From NCBI GenBank assembly GCA_964016885.1, contig OZ024741.1, positions 164,362,001-164,426,000 on the forward strand: DNA of 64,000 bases. Direction: 5' to 3'. How positions within the stretch are numbered: the stretch's first letter is position 1; the number at the start of each line of letters is the position of its first letter. The notes below the pieces were generated by a model, which ran no database searches, had not been told where the DNA came from, and saw nothing but the letters and a program-made list of their open reading frames with translations. A program made the position numbers and the translations under genes. The DNA comes from Eledone cirrhosa. Lineage: Eukaryota. This document shows positions 1 to 13,294 of the stretch, in pieces.

Positions 1-3000
1 CACGCATCTGGGACAGATCTTTTTGGCGGGGTCCCTACCCGGGCGCCCATGTCTGTAGAGATTTTCTCGAACGGGTAGAGCCCCTCGGTAGCACTGCCAG
101 GCCAGGGACTTCTGGAAGTTGTCCATAGGTCCCGGGCTGAATGTCCTACCGAACAGGCTGGCCAGTTCGTCCTCCTCCATGTCTAGGGCTTCTCCGAGGG
201 CGTCGTCGCACCTGCTGCGTACCAGCCCTCTATAGAATGTTGCGGTGGAGTCTCCACTGATAACCGGATCCGCCTGCCAGTGGGCGGTGAGTGCCTGGGC
301 ACACTCAGTGTGCCAGGAGCCCAGTTTTCTCGTCTTTGCTTGACCCAGGATTGCAGCTCGGTGAGTGAGACGAGTCTGGGAAAGATTCGTCTCACAAACG
401 AGGCCCACACCGGTTGACCGGTGAGGAATACGTAGAGGTGCCGTAGCCTTAATGCGTGTTTACGCATCATTAGCCGCGGCATCCCCAGCCCTCCTTTCGA
501 AGGGTGTTGACAGCAGATGGATCTCCTCACCAAGGGAGCCCGCCTCTTCCAAAGGAATTGGAAGAGCGCGCGTTCCATCTTGGCGAAGGATTCCCTTGGG
601 CAGGGCACTACGGTCAGGCGGTAGTAGATGACGGACGCTATATAGGTGTTCGCCACCTCCGCTCGACCTTTCAGGGATAGTTTGCAACTGGCACACTTCT
701 GGGTCAGTGCAAACACCCTGTTCGTAACCTCCGCCCAGTTCTTCTTCACCTGGAGGTCCGGTCCGAACCAGACCCCGAGCAACTTCACCGGGCCCTCCGT
801 CCAGCGTCCGACGACGCCATCGGTCTGCCCCTCCACGTGCCGAGTTGCAAACCGATCGACTTGTCCCGGTTCAGCTTAGCCCCTGTGAACCTTTCGTACT
901 CCTCCAGTAAGGTGCCGACCGCCTCGATTTCGGAGGCCGTCGACACCATTACTGTCACGTCATCGGCGTAGGCCGACACCGCTTTCCGCAATCCCGGTTC
1001 CAAAGGGATGCCCTGCAACAACTCCAACTTCCGCAGTAGTGGCTCGAGAGTCAACACATACAGAAGGGAGGAGAGAGGGCACCCTTGTCGGATGGACCGC
1101 GCAATTTTGAACGGCTCCGAGAGGTAGCCGTTCACCTTGACCCTAGAGCAGATGCGGCCGCTGTGCATAGCATTGATCCAGCCCCTGAAAACGGGTCCGA
1201 AGCCTGCCGCCGTTAGCACCGCATCCAGGTAACCATGGTCGACCCTATCGAACGCCTTAGATTGATCCAAGTTGATCAGAGCCCCACCAAAGCCGGGTTC
1301 GTTCCCAACACTCTCTATGATGTATCGCATGAGGTGGAGGTTGTCGTGGATGGACCTGGACGGGATAGCACATGTCTGCGCATCTCCCACCAGGTTGCCC
1401 ATGACAAGCGCCAACCTCTTTGCTAGCACCTTCGCCAAAATCTGTAACTCTGTATTTAGCAGAGTTATGGGCCTGAAGTTACTTATTTCGTCCCCCTTGT
1501 TCTCGTCCTTCCTCACTAGCGTGACTACGCCCTTGGTCACAGTACAGGGAATTCTCCCGTTCTGTTGCCAGTTGCAGTAGACCGCCTCGAGGAGATCGGG
1601 GAACAAGTCCGGCATAGCTAGATATAGTTCGTATGGAAGACCATCGAGACCCGGGGATTTGCGTTTGCCGCATTGGCTCAGCACGTCCTCTATCTCAGCG
1701 GCCGAAATCGGCTCCTCGCAGGACTTCGCCTCCCTGTCCGAGAGACGTGGCAGGCCGTCGAGGTATGGACTGAAGTCCACATCCCCAACCGGCTCCCCGC
1801 CCCTTCCGAACAGTCGGGCAAAGTGCCTTTGAAAGGCCTCTCACATCTGCTTAGGCTCAAGAATCGCCCGTCCATCCTGGTCTCGCAAAGACCGGATGGT
1901 GGATTTAGTTCCACTGTTGGCCTCTGTCACGCGGGCCCAGCTAACAGCTTTGGTCCCCTCGTTCCCTAGAGCACGTATTTTACTTCGGACAACGCAGCTT
2001 TCGTGCTTCGCGTCGAAAAAACTGGCTCAAAGCCATTCTCGACGCTAGCACTCTGGCCACGTCGCCGCTTCTAATTGCCTCTTCTACTCTATCTATTAGC
2101 TCCCTTTCCTTCCTATTCCTATCCGCAGCTAGAACCTTACTAAATTCTATCGAGACTACTCTAATCTCTCTTTTTAGAGATACCCACCACCTGCTGTTGA
2201 CGATCGCTCCAGTCAACCGTTCCTTAACTAACGTACTAATCCGATCCCTGTAAGCTCTACTTGCCGGCAAGGACAAGTTGAGCTTCCAGTAACCGGGGCC
2301 TTGTCTATGCGTTCTATCAAGGTTGACCATGCAGGTCACCAACTTGTGGTCTGAATAGCCAACCATGAGCATTTCTGGACAACTTAAAAAGTCCCTGTCC
2401 TTATTTCTAACTAAAAACCTATCTAGGTACGACCTAGATGATCCGCTGCGATTTGACCAAGACCAGGTTGGCACCGTCGGAAAATCTAGTCAAAATCTAT
2501 CGGCCAGGTCAAATCGGCCGAGTAACCCCTTGAGGTTGTTGCACCCCTCTCTATCGGGACATGCCCCTGCATAGTCCCAACGTGCATCCAGGATACCATT
2601 CCAGTCCCCCACTAAAAGCAGGGAACGGGACGTCCCTAGAAAAAACTCCAGACGCTGGAAAAAGTTGGGCCGCTCTGTCCCAAAAGAGGCATATGCAGCT
2701 ACCAGCCTAAAGGCTCTACCTTCACCACTGCCAAGGTCCAGCACCACCAGTCGACCCCCTGGGTCCAAGTGAACTATCTGTGTTGCAAGGCCCAGATGTT
2801 TTTGCAGCAGAACGCCAACCCCACCCCCACCTCCGGGCTGACAGAGAGATGCGTGCATCTCAAAGTCGTCAAAGGTGGGGGCTAGCTGCCGCATGCTGCT
2901 GATCCGGGCCTCGCAGATAACCAACACATTTATAGATCGTGACCTGAGGTCATTTAGAAGCATTGCTTGCTTCCAAGATGAGCCCAGGCCACGCGCATTT

Positions 3001-3026
3001 AGACACCCTACTCTTAGCACAGCCAT
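1..3026 (-). mobile_element. Tx1/L1-clade non-LTR retrotransposon ORF2 (APE endonuclease + reverse transcriptase), frameshifted; runs off the window start
   Basis: ORF 2490-3026 (CLNARGL, GDWN) and ORF 1980-2474 (LDRFLV, SDHKLV, GYWKLN) are APE-like. ORF 785-1780 has the RT motifs KSPGLDG, NFRPITLLN, DQSKAFDRVDH, RQGCPLS and YADD. ORF 183-836 has GGLGMP. GC-rich relative to the flanks. Confidence 0.93.
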
Positions 3027-3838
3027 GTTGGTGGTAAGGAGAAAAGGTACTTACCTCACTGCGTCCCGGGAAACGGGCCGCTCAATTTCCATGCTGGTTG
3101 GGGATGGGTTGTTGGGTGGGGTGGGGTGGTGGTTTGTGGAAGTGAAGGGGCATCAGTGTGTTGTGGGGTTGGGGTGTTTGTGGTTGAGTGGGTGTCTGGG
3201 TGGGGGGTGGTTTAGGAGGACGCGGTTGATTGGTTTGGCGCAGGGGACTTGGGGGGGGGGGGGGCACGTCCTCCGTGAAATTTATTTTCAGTGTTTTGTA
3301 AAAGTTCATTGGGACTTTAATCATTTTTAAATGAGGTAGTCCCACAGCAGTTATAAAGTTAGGCCCTTCAGTTTGGACCGAAGGGTTTGCTGAAATTGTT
3401 TTCAGTAGTTATGTAATGTATATTGTAAAGTCTTTTTTTGTGTAGCAGTTAGTGTTGTGTGACAGAGAGGTGTAGTTTGTGTTCTCTTGGGGAGGGTTAA
3501 AGTTAACATGTGTGTCTGTGGTGCGTCTCCTCTTCTTTCTTTTTACTTGTTGGAAGGGATCTTTTTCGTCTTGCGACGAAAGGGGTTCGTCTTCCTTGTT
3601 GGGTGGGAGGAGTATGTTTTCTGGTAGTGTTTGCGGTGTGTGTGTTTTTGTATTTGTTTTGGGTGGAGAGGGATTGGGTGGGACAGTATTCTGTGTTGTT
3701 TTTTCACGTGTTTGTTGTTGTTGTTGTTGTGGTGGTGGTGTTGTTGGTTTTTGTTGTTGTTGTTGTTTTTGGGGTGGTGTTGGTGTTGGTAACAGTGTTT
3801 TTTTCTGTGTGAGCTGGGGACAGATAGATAGTTATATA

Positions 3839-4160
3839 CAGGGGCCCCGTTTGCCATAAAAATGTGAGGGGGACAAACCAACATTTGTTGATTCTTAAAG
3901 GAACATAATAATGAAAATATTGTGTACAGTGCTCAGGTGCACTACAACATGTTAGTATTGCTTATGGTCCCTTTCGCGGACCCTATCACATAAGCAAAAT
4001 TTTACGCTAATTAAATTTTATATATTCAAATGAAGTTGAGATATAAACAAAATAAGCTTAAAACGAATTTATTATATTAAATAAACCAAAAAATAAAACA
4101 GACGTTTGAAAAAGAGACTTGTCCCCCTAGTACCCCCCCCCCCCTGAAACAAGGCCCTTG
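3839..4160 (-). mobile_element. Non-autonomous hAT element (internal-deletion MITE)
   Basis: Ends CAGGGGCC...GGCCCTTG, flanked by near-identical 8-bp gttatata/gatatata (TSD-like). Both halves match the ends of the longer hAT at 4522-6217 in inverted orientation. Confidence 0.75.
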
Positions 4161-4521
4161 GATATATAGGTAGGTAGGTAGGTAGGTAGATAGATGTGTG
4201 TGATTGTAATAATTATTTTTATCAAACAGATAGAATATGGATGGTAATTCAAGTTAATACACTTCTCAATGTTATCTAATGGTCACCCTATTTCAATGCA
4301 TATGTAATAAATATTTTTTTAAGTATGTCTGTTTATATATATGTCTGTGTAAATGCGCGTGTTTGTAATTCTATTTTCTATATATCTTTCTAAATAAACA
4401 CACAAACACATACATTCACTCAAATATATATAAATATATTTTACACAAACACCCATATACACACAAACGTTCACATACCTGCATTTTACACGCATACACA
4501 TACACTCACACAGAGTTGAAC

Positions 4522-6217
4522 CATGGGCCTTGTTTCAGGGGGGTACCAAGGGACAAGCCCCCCTCCCCCACTTTTTCAGGAACGGGGGACAAACCATCAT
4601 TTGTCCACCCTACTTTTTCCCCAATTCAAAAATAAAGAAAATCTCACTAACAAGTCATACATATGCATAATACCTATTTTTACATGTTTATTTATATGAA
4701 TATATATAGACCCTAAGTTATAATCAGTTGTAATAGACCCTAAGTTGTAATTTTGTTTGTTCGATATTTACATCCATTTGCTCAAAATTAAAACAGATCA
4801 ACGCATCAATAATTTGAATGAGAATTGTATAACATTTTTATATGTATTTGTCTCACTAAGTGAATATAGACAAATTTTAGGACCTGTTTAATACAGCAGA
4901 AAAAATGATTTATCAACTCAATACTTCTCCTTTGGAGCTACACAGGCAACGAAAAGTTCCTAAAAGATTCCAGGAAGGAAATGTATTAAAATATCAACAC
5001 TGCAGTTTTCGATCATTACAGAGTGCAGTATTTGCAGCTACAGGATACTGCAATAACAAATTTGAAAGATTTTTTTTCACAGGATTTAGCAGATTATGAA
5101 AAACAGCGATATTTTACTCAATGGAAAATTCTATGCTGAAGTGATCATGCAGTATCCAGAGTTTGATGAATTGGTCATCTAATAGTTACCTCGCGTTATA
5201 ATTATGTAAGAAAGTTATCAATTAAATTTTTAATTATTTGATTAAAAACTTTTTTTTTTTAAACATAAATTCAAAAGTGTCTATTATACATCAGAATAAT
5301 GTCGTATCCAATATAGAATATTGCTGAAGATTTTTTTTTTAAAGCACGGCGCCAAAGGAGCTCTTGAAGGTGAGTGCTGAAAAGTGCTTCGCTTATTCCT
5401 CTCATGGCACAGAATTTGACTTTGCAAAGCCCCCAGCTGCCTTCCATACGGTTTGTGTGGATTGAAGGGTCCTTGGGGTCCACAAAGTTGTAACGATGGT
5501 TACAAAAAAAATTATAATTTATGCTTCTTATTTACTTTTCTTTAAATTATTTTTTTTGTTAAATTAACAAAAAAAAAATTGAATACTTTAAAATTTAATT
5601 AATAATAACTTTCTTACTTAATTACATTAAAAAAACCCAAATAATAATAAAAAAAAACAAATAATTTAACAACATAACCGATGAATTTCCTTTAAGGAAA
5701 TCTCTCGAGGATCATCGTAAAATATTAAGTGAAATGCAACCAGAAGTCCGTCGTATGTTTCCAAACGTTGAGCGATTGCTCAGGCTACTTTTAGTGAAGC
5801 TGAAAGATCTTTTAGCGTTCTGCGGAGACTCAAAACTTGGCTGTGATCGACCATGACTCAGCAAAGGTTGAATCATATTGTAATATGCCACGTTCATAGA
5901 GATGTTTTGAAAAAAATCGGTTGTGAAGAAATTGCTAAATAATTTATTGACAGCAATGGTGCGAGATATAATAATTTGGATAGTTCTAAAAGACAATAAA
6001 TTTACTTTATATTTTTTTTTTATTCAAACGTCTGTTTTATTTTTTGTTTATTTGATATAATAAATTTTTTTTAAGCTTATTATTTTATATCATTTGAATA
6101 AGTAAAATTGAATTAGCGTAAAATTTTACTTATGTGAAGGGTACCATAAGCAATACTAACATGCTCCTTTAAGAATCAACAAATGTTGGTTTGTGCCCCT
6201 CACATTTTTAAAGCAAA
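4522..6217 (+). mobile_element. Decayed hAT DNA transposon with transposase remnants
   Basis: 5730-5900 translates (with frameshift) to EMQPEVRRMFPNVERLLRLLLV...AERSFSVLRRLKTWL*STMTQQRLNH, a hAT C-terminal dimerisation motif. 4905-5099 contains RQRKVPKRF. Ends are shared with the MITE at 3839-4160. Confidence 0.8.
5200..5620 (-). mobile_element. Merlin/IS1595-like transposase fragment nested in the hAT
   Basis: VNHRYNFVDPKDPSIHTNRMEGSW...HLQELLWRR, the Merlin C-terminal motif. Imperfect inverted repeats at ~5205-5232 and ~5590-5617. Confidence 0.65.
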
Positions 6218-6494
6218 TTAATTTTTTTCACCGTAGAATTTTCACCATCCCACTTCCATCGGTGGATATATAAATATATTTTCCACAAACACGCACACAA
6301 CCATTCATATAATCACAAGAATCAATGTGTGTAGCCAATTCGCTATACATATACACACACAAATGCCGGTGGAAAAGGTTTGGAAGGTCTGTTGGCTGCT
6401 TTGCCGTAGTAATTTCACCATCCCCTTCCTCCCTTTTACACACACACATACTCACCACCCCACTTCTATCGCGGGACTGACACACGGACACGAT

Positions 6495-6590
6495 TATAAT
6501 TGTTTCTACTTTTGGCACAAGGCCAGCAGTTAATCTAGTGCATTACTGGTACTTTATTTTATCGACCCCGTAAGGATGAAAGGAAAGGTA
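6495..6590 (-). mobile_element. Cephalopod-type SINE fragment
   Basis: gcacaaggccagca...ctggtactttattttatcgaccccgtaaggatgaaagg core shared with many copies in this window. Confidence 0.7.
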
Positions 6591-6592
6591 AG

Positions 6593-8670
6593 GCTTGTAA
6601 GCTGTCAGAAGTGATAGTAGGCGAAGGTGACGTCATTCGTCAACCTTCTCAATCGTAAACATCGTTTATTTCCGTATTACCACGGGTTATTTTAATAAAG
6701 CATATCGATGTAAGTGGAGTTACTTAAATGAAAATATAGGTGGCCCTTAAAAGGCCCAAATTAGAAATTAATTAGAAAACAAGTCATGATTATCAAATAA
6801 ATTTGATTTAATCATTTATATTTTCATAGTCATGGTTATCAATGTAGAAAACAAGTCATTTTCACCAACAGTGGAGTTACTTCTGACAGCTAATACCATG
6901 AACTTAAATGAATTTTCACCAACAGTGGAGTTACTTCTGACAGCTAATACCATGAACTATATTTTCATAGCCATGGTTATCAATGTAGAAAACAAGTCAT
7001 TTTCACCAACAGTGGAGTTACTTCTGACAGCTAATACCATGAACTATATTTTCATAGCCATGGTTATCAATGTAGAAAACAAGTCATTTTCACCAACAGT
7101 GGAGCTACTTCTGTCTGACAGCTAATACCATGAACTTAAATGAATTTTCACCAACAGTGGAGTTACTTCTGACAGCTAATACCATGAACTATATTTTCAT
7201 AGCCATAGTTATCAATGTAGAAAACAAGTCATTTTCACCAACAGTGGAGCTACTTCTGACAGCTAATACCATGAACTATATTTTCATAGCCATGGTTATC
7301 AATGTAGAAAACAAGTCATTTTCACCAACAGTGGAGCTACTTCTGACAGCTAATACCATGAACTTAAATGAATTTTCACCAACAGTGGAGTTACTTCTGA
7401 CAGCTAATACCATGAACTATATTTTCATAGTCATGGTTATCAATGTAGAAAACGAGTCATTTTCACCAACAGTGGAGTTAACTTAAATGAAAATATAGGT
7501 GGCCCTTAAAAGGGCCAAATTAGAAAACAAATATATGGTTATCAAATTTTTTTCACCAACCCTATACATTTATGAAGAAATGTTTAGAAAACAAATTTGT
7601 TTCACCAACCTTATTCAAAAGCATGGATACAGTCCACATGGAGACAAGAGACAATCATCACCAACACCACCAACACCAAGTGTAAATAAATAAACTTTAA
7701 TCTTCACTTTGTGATAATACACGCATTTGCAAGTTGAAAAATATGAATTCTACAATATACCCAAGTGTTAATGGGATTAACCATCGCGATCTTTCCATCG
7801 CTACCGCTACTACAGCAGATACCATCAATTGGTTGAAAAATCATGGACTTCTGAATACACAAAAGGTCTGCCCTTCATGTGGTGAACGCATGTTGGAAGT
7901 AGCGAAAAAAATGTGTCAGATGGGATTATCTGGTCATGTGGAAGACCATGTAGAAAATAGGTGTCGATTAGAATAGGCACATTTCTATAAAATAGTAATT
8001 TGAAGTGTGAACAAATAGTTGATATATTGTATTATTGGGCAAAAGAAGATTTAGCCAAGAAGATTTCACAGGAATGTCGTATCGCGAATGTGGCCGTAAC
8101 AGATTGGCGAAATTTTTGCCTTGATGTATGTGCAGAGTATTATATGGCACAAAACATTAAGCTTGGTGGGCCTACCGAATTGTCGAGATTGATGAAAGCG
8201 CCTTCGTGAGAAGGAAATACCATGTTGGCCATCTGGTGAAAACACAGTGGGTCTTTGGTGCTTTGGAAAGAGGTACCAGAAGATGTTTTTTAGTAGTAGT
8301 AGAAGACCGGACAGCAGAGACACTTTTAGCCGTTATACAGGATCGTATATTGCCTGGCACAACTATAATACGATCGATCAGCTAGGCTATCAACATTTGA
8401 CTGTGAACCATTCCATCAATTTTGTTGATCCTGTAACATTTGCCACAACGAATCACATAGAATGCTTGTGGAAACATGTAAAGAATAGGAATAAAATGGA
8501 AAACGGAACAGCCAGAAATTTGCTTCAAACCCATCTAATTGAATTCATGTGGCGGTATGAATTTAAAGGTGAAATTTCCCAAAAGTTATTAGAACATATT
8601 CGTCATCTGTATCCGTGCTTTTGAATAAGGTTGGTGAAAAAAATGTTTCTAAACATTTCTTCATAAATAG
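6593..8670 (+). mobile_element. Merlin (IS1595/IS1016-like) DNA transposon with disrupted transposase
   Basis: 7734-8624 across frames: zinc-ribbon CPSCG, VEIDES..RKYHVGH, QWVFGALER, TVNHSINFVDP, TNHIECLW, HLIEFMWR. Confidence 0.88.
6820..7485. repeat. Subterminal minisatellite with mixed 87-bp and 54-bp units
   Basis: ttcaccaacagtggagttacttctgacagctaataccatgaac recurs at 6861, 6915, 7002 and onward. Confidence 0.9.
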
Positions 8671-8682
8671 TGAAAAGAATTT

Positions 8683-9086
8683 GGCACTACAACGCTATTA
8701 GCTGTCAGTCCAGTGGAAAACAGGCGGTGACGTCACTCGTCAACATCGTTTATTTCCGTATTACTACCACGCGTAAGTGGAGTTTTCACGCGTTTTTTTT
8801 TTTTTTGAGAGAGAGAGGGAAGAGGAGAGATAGGGAAGAGAGAGAGAGAGGGGGAGGGAAGACTTAAAAGGGCTAAATTAGAAAGCAAATAGAAAACAAG
8901 TCTTGGTTATAAAGCATATCGATGTAAGTGGAGTTACTTAAATGAAAATATAGGTGGCCCTTAAAAGGGCCAAATTAGAAAACAAGTCATGGTTATCAAT
9001 GTAGAAAACAAGTCATTCATAAATTTAAGTTTTATAATCAAATTTTTTTCACCAACAAATATGACAGCTAATAGCGTTGTAGTGCC
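8683..9086 (+). mobile_element. Merlin-family MITE with 25-bp TIRs
   Basis: Perfect TIR ggcactacaacgctattagctgtca ... tgacagctaatagcgttgtagtgcc. The interior matches 6600-6860. Confidence 0.8.
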
Positions 9087-9121
9087 CGCAATTCTGTATC
9101 TTTACGTATATTGCGCATAGA

Positions 9122-9420
9122 TACGAGGGTTGACTCTCATGGAATGTGACCAAATGAGGTTTATTTTTCAACATAGTCTCCCTTGCGTTCCACACACTTC
9201 TTCCATCGGTGTTGCAGTACTGAGATCAATGTTTTCCTCGGTAGTGGCAGTTGTAGGACGTCCAGACATTGGGTGATCTTCAAGAATCCCCTATCCTGTC
9301 CTAAATTCGGCTGCCCACTTTTGCACAAAGGAAAATTGTGGTACAATATTGTAAGGTCTGCTTATAGCATTATCCATCTTTCAAAAATGAAGGTCCACAT
9401 TTCCTCGACTTCAATACATT
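9122..9420 (-). mobile_element. Mariner transposon remnant
   Basis: LQHRWKKCVERKGDYVEK* is a mariner C-terminus. TACGAGGG TIR-like end at 9122. Confidence 0.7.
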
Positions 9421-10049
9421 TGATTACATTTTATTGTATTGTAAACATTAACTTTTATGGAAATTTTATTACAAAATTTAGTTCGATTTTTTTGGAATTT
9501 ATTTAACAAACATGGAAAAATAAGAAAAAGAATAAAATAAAAAATAATTTGATTGCCTTTAATAAAGAAGATAAATAGAGTGGAACTGATTTCCAGGTCA
9601 TACTAATGAAACAAGGTTTTTTCCATTACTGATATTATCTGTCTGCCGCAAGTCCTGGTAGAAGATGCTACACGAACTAAAGTATTTTACTGAAGGACGC
9701 AGCATGCAGCAGGATCGAAGAAACGAGCCCATGACTTTATAATGGTTAGTCCAGTACTGTAACCCCTAAGGAAAGGTAAATCATATTATAACAGATTAGA
9801 TGGGTACTATGTTAGATATGACTATGTGTCATATTATACCAAAGAGGAGGTGTGCTGTATAATAAACATTGATATCAGGTTGATTCAATAACTACCCGGT
9901 CCCAAATATGAACCCATGAGCTTATGGTCGTCAGTCAAACACTTTAACCATTGTATGTATGTATACACGTATGGATGGATGTATGTGTGTATACATGTAT
10001 GGATGGATGGATGTATACATGTATATATGTAAGTATGTATGCCTGTATG

Positions 10050-12230
10050 AGAACAACTGGAAGGACTTCAGGAGCTCGGTCTATGAGGCTTCAGCAGAGG
10101 TCCTTGGCTTTGTCACAAGAAAACAAGGACTGGTTTGCTGAGAATGACCAGGAGGTCAAGGCTCTGCTAGACAGAAAACAAAAGGCACTTGATGCAGTTC
10201 TTAAAGGCGGTATCTCTGTTGGTGACAATTATGAGCGTTACAGACAGGTAAAGAAGGAAGTGCAGGTGAAACTCAGGGCTATGCAAAATACCTGGTGGAG
10301 CAACAAAGCAGATGAAGTTCAAGTGGCATCTGACGGCAACAATTTGAAACTGCCGCACTTTCTACTCACAGAGGTGTATGGCCCTTTCAGCTCTCCAGTG
10401 GCCCCTTTGAGATCGAAAGATGGCAAGCAATTACTGCGTGACACAAACGACACTTGACAAATAGAGAGATCACTTTGATGAGCTCTTAAACCAGGTTGAT
10501 GATGATTTCATTTGTTCCATTCCTATTGAACCAGTGAAGCATATGAGATGGCTAATGTATCTTCTCTTGCAGAGGGGACTTCTGTTGTGCATAAGCTGAA
10601 CTGTGGTAAGTCTCCTGGTATGGATGGTCTGAGTGGAGCGGTTTTGAAGTGTGGTGGTGAAAACTTCACGCAGCGCCTCACTGACCTCATGAAAATGGTG
10701 TGGGAAGATGAGAATGTCCCACAAGAAGGATTCTCCATAAAGGAAAGGACAGCAAAGACAAATGTGGCAATTATCATGTCATATCCCTTCTTTCAGTAGT
10801 TGGTAAAGTCGTGTCGAATATTGATGGATAGATTGATCCCAAGAGTTGCTCTGAATGTGTTGCCTGAGTCGCAGTGTGGGTTCAGAAACGAAGGAGGAAC
10901 AGTGGATATGATCATTTCTGCTCGGCAGCTGCAAGAAAAGTGTATCGAACAATGTATGGAACTTTACCAGGCCTTTGTTGACTTGACAAAGGCCTTTGTG
11001 GAATTGACTGTCAATCGAACTGCATTGTGGGAAAAAAATCCAAGGTAGGGTAGAAGATTCTGCATCTTTTCCATGATGACATGAAGGCTTTGGTCAGTAT
11101 TGGTGGTAGCATCTCTGAACCAATCTCAGTTGAAAATGGAGTGAAGCAGGGGGACATTCCGGCTCCAACTCTGTTTTCCTTATATTTTACGATAGTGTTT
11201 CTCATGGGGTTTACATCAGGTATCGCACTTCAGGAAGGTTGTTCAACACCAGGTGCTTTGGTACAAGCACAAAAGTATTAACATCTATAATCCGAGAGTT
11301 TTTGTATGCAGATGACTACGATCTTTTGCACACTCACAAAGTGACATGCAGCATATTATGAACTCTTTTTCTGCAGCTTGCAGCACTTTGGGCGTCACAA
11401 TAAGCTTGGAAAAGACTGTTGTGATGTATCAGCCAGTACATGGAAACAAGTACACTGCACCAAGTGTGTACGTGTACGGAAAGAGGCTAAAAGTTGCTGA
11501 CAAGTTTGTTTACCTTGGTAGTACGTTGAACACTTCATGCACACATGATAATGAAATATCCTTAAGAATCAAGAAAGCCAGTGATGCTTTTGGACGGCTG
11601 CATCAACGTTTATGGTCCAGACGAGGTATCACTATCGAAACCAAGGTGAAAGTGTATTTGACTTGTGTCGTCTCCTCTTTACTTTATGTTTGTGAAACGT
11701 GGGTCATATACAGAAAGCACCTCAAGGATCTGGAGAGATTTCACCAACAATCTCTTCATAAGTTACTTGGGGTGTGGTGGAAAATGTTCGCCAGTGATTT
11801 GGAAGTTCTAGAACGGAGCAGGTGCGTGACTATAGAGAGCATAATCTTTCGGTATCAGTTGAGGTGGTGCAGTCACGTGGTCCGGATGTCTGATGATCGT
11901 ATTCCAAAGCAACTTCTCTATGGAGTACTGTGTGAAGGAAGGTGACCACCACACAAACCAAAAAGGCGGTACCGAGACTGTATCAGGGGCACCTTGGCTT
12001 GTGCTGGAATTTCATCTGACAAATGGGAGAAAATGGCTGACGAGCGTGTGAAGTGAAGACGTTTGATCCAGTCAGGTGGTGAACACTTTGAAACTCGTCG
12101 GAGAGAACACCTAACACTGAAAAGGAAGGTGAGGATTGAGACTGTTCTGAACTGTCTGCTGTTGAACATCATCTGGTTTGCCAGCACTGTGGTCGAATCA
12201 GCCTAAGCAAAGCTGGTTTGTCAGTAGACC
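10050..12230 (+). mobile_element. RTE (BovB-like) LINE, 5'-truncated and decayed
   Basis: KSPGMDG, LPESQCGFR, VDLTKAF, GVKQGD, YADD, YLGS, LLYVCETW, RIPKQLLYG, plus a C-terminal CxxC remnant. Confidence 0.9.
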
Positions 12231-13080
12231 TCATGTAGATCTGAAAAGGTGTAAGAAATGTACAAGCATGGGAGGTCTTAAAAGATACATGTGAACATAC
12301 AGCCAGAACAAAGCAATGGAATGTTTCGGGGGAGCCTAAAGTTTGGCTGGTTTAAAGAGTCACATTTGTGCTTCACATTTTTGAACATTTTATCGGGCGA
12401 TGGCAATACTTGAACACGAGTTTGCAGCAATATGTAGTATGTATGTCGGGTCACTCTTGACTGCTATTGGTAACATGTAACCCAGTACAACCTGTCGCAT
12501 GGTCAGGTCGTCGGCGACTAAACCGGCAACCCCACCAAGTTTACTTGGTGAGCAGGGTGATTTTGGACACCCTGCAGGACAAAAATCAAAACCTGTCAAA
12601 GGGCGGAAGATCTCATAAGAGTCAACGGCCATCCGAAAGTGTGTAAATATGTATATACACATGTACATATGTATGTATATGTATATATACATGGGTGCAT
12701 GTGTATGTGCATACACGGGGACATAGAAATAATTGGGCTGGACACTCGATCGCGCGGTTAAACCACTGGGAGTGAAGGACCCCTAGCCTTTGTCAGGGCA
12801 TTCTTCTAGGAGAAGGCAACTCAGGAAACTGGGATAACTCCGATATAAAACCTGCGGCTCAGTAGTTACCGATGATGTTGATATTTTCTTCTTTTCGGGT
12901 TATAGCTACTGTCGCTCAGAGAGTGGGATTGGCTCAGTGCACAGTCTTTCCTCATATAAAAAAATATGTTCATGCACAGGCATTGCACGATAGAATTAAT
13001 TAATAATTATTAATAATGGTATATCGTGCAATGACCATACTCAATAACGAGGGGGCAGCCATCATGTATGTGTGTGCGTG

Positions 13081-13111
<31 letters not shown>

Positions 13112-13294
13112 GTGCATGTGAGTGTGTATATATATATCTCCATATACATATTTATTCAGCTGATATAGGCTGGATTGGTTGGAATATTCTGACGCGAATT
13201 CTTTCTGCTCTGTTAAATCGAAACAAATCTTGACTTTTTATTTGAGGTTTTCTATATAAGAGACCGGGAGACCATGTTGATACTATGAAGGCCA

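Noticed and set aside
3030-3830. ORF1 of the Tx1/L1 element
   Set aside because: Only low-complexity P/T/Q/N-rich frames; no zinc knuckle or RRM recognised.
6820-7485. CRISPR-like regular repeats
   Set aside because: The intervening sequences are identical rather than unique spacers, there are no cas genes, and the context is a eukaryotic transposon.
12455-12530. Possible HDV-like ribozyme (tgactg...ccagt...tggtca gg tcg-tcgg-cga ctaa accgg)
   Set aside because: P3 could not be paired, P2 has a mismatch and there is no clear G1; it would need an RNArobo/Infernal search on a family consensus.
12981-13033. Hairpin cattgcacgata...tatcgtgcaatg
   Set aside because: A 12-bp stem with an AT-rich loop inside an unclassified repeat; no ribozyme core or other support.
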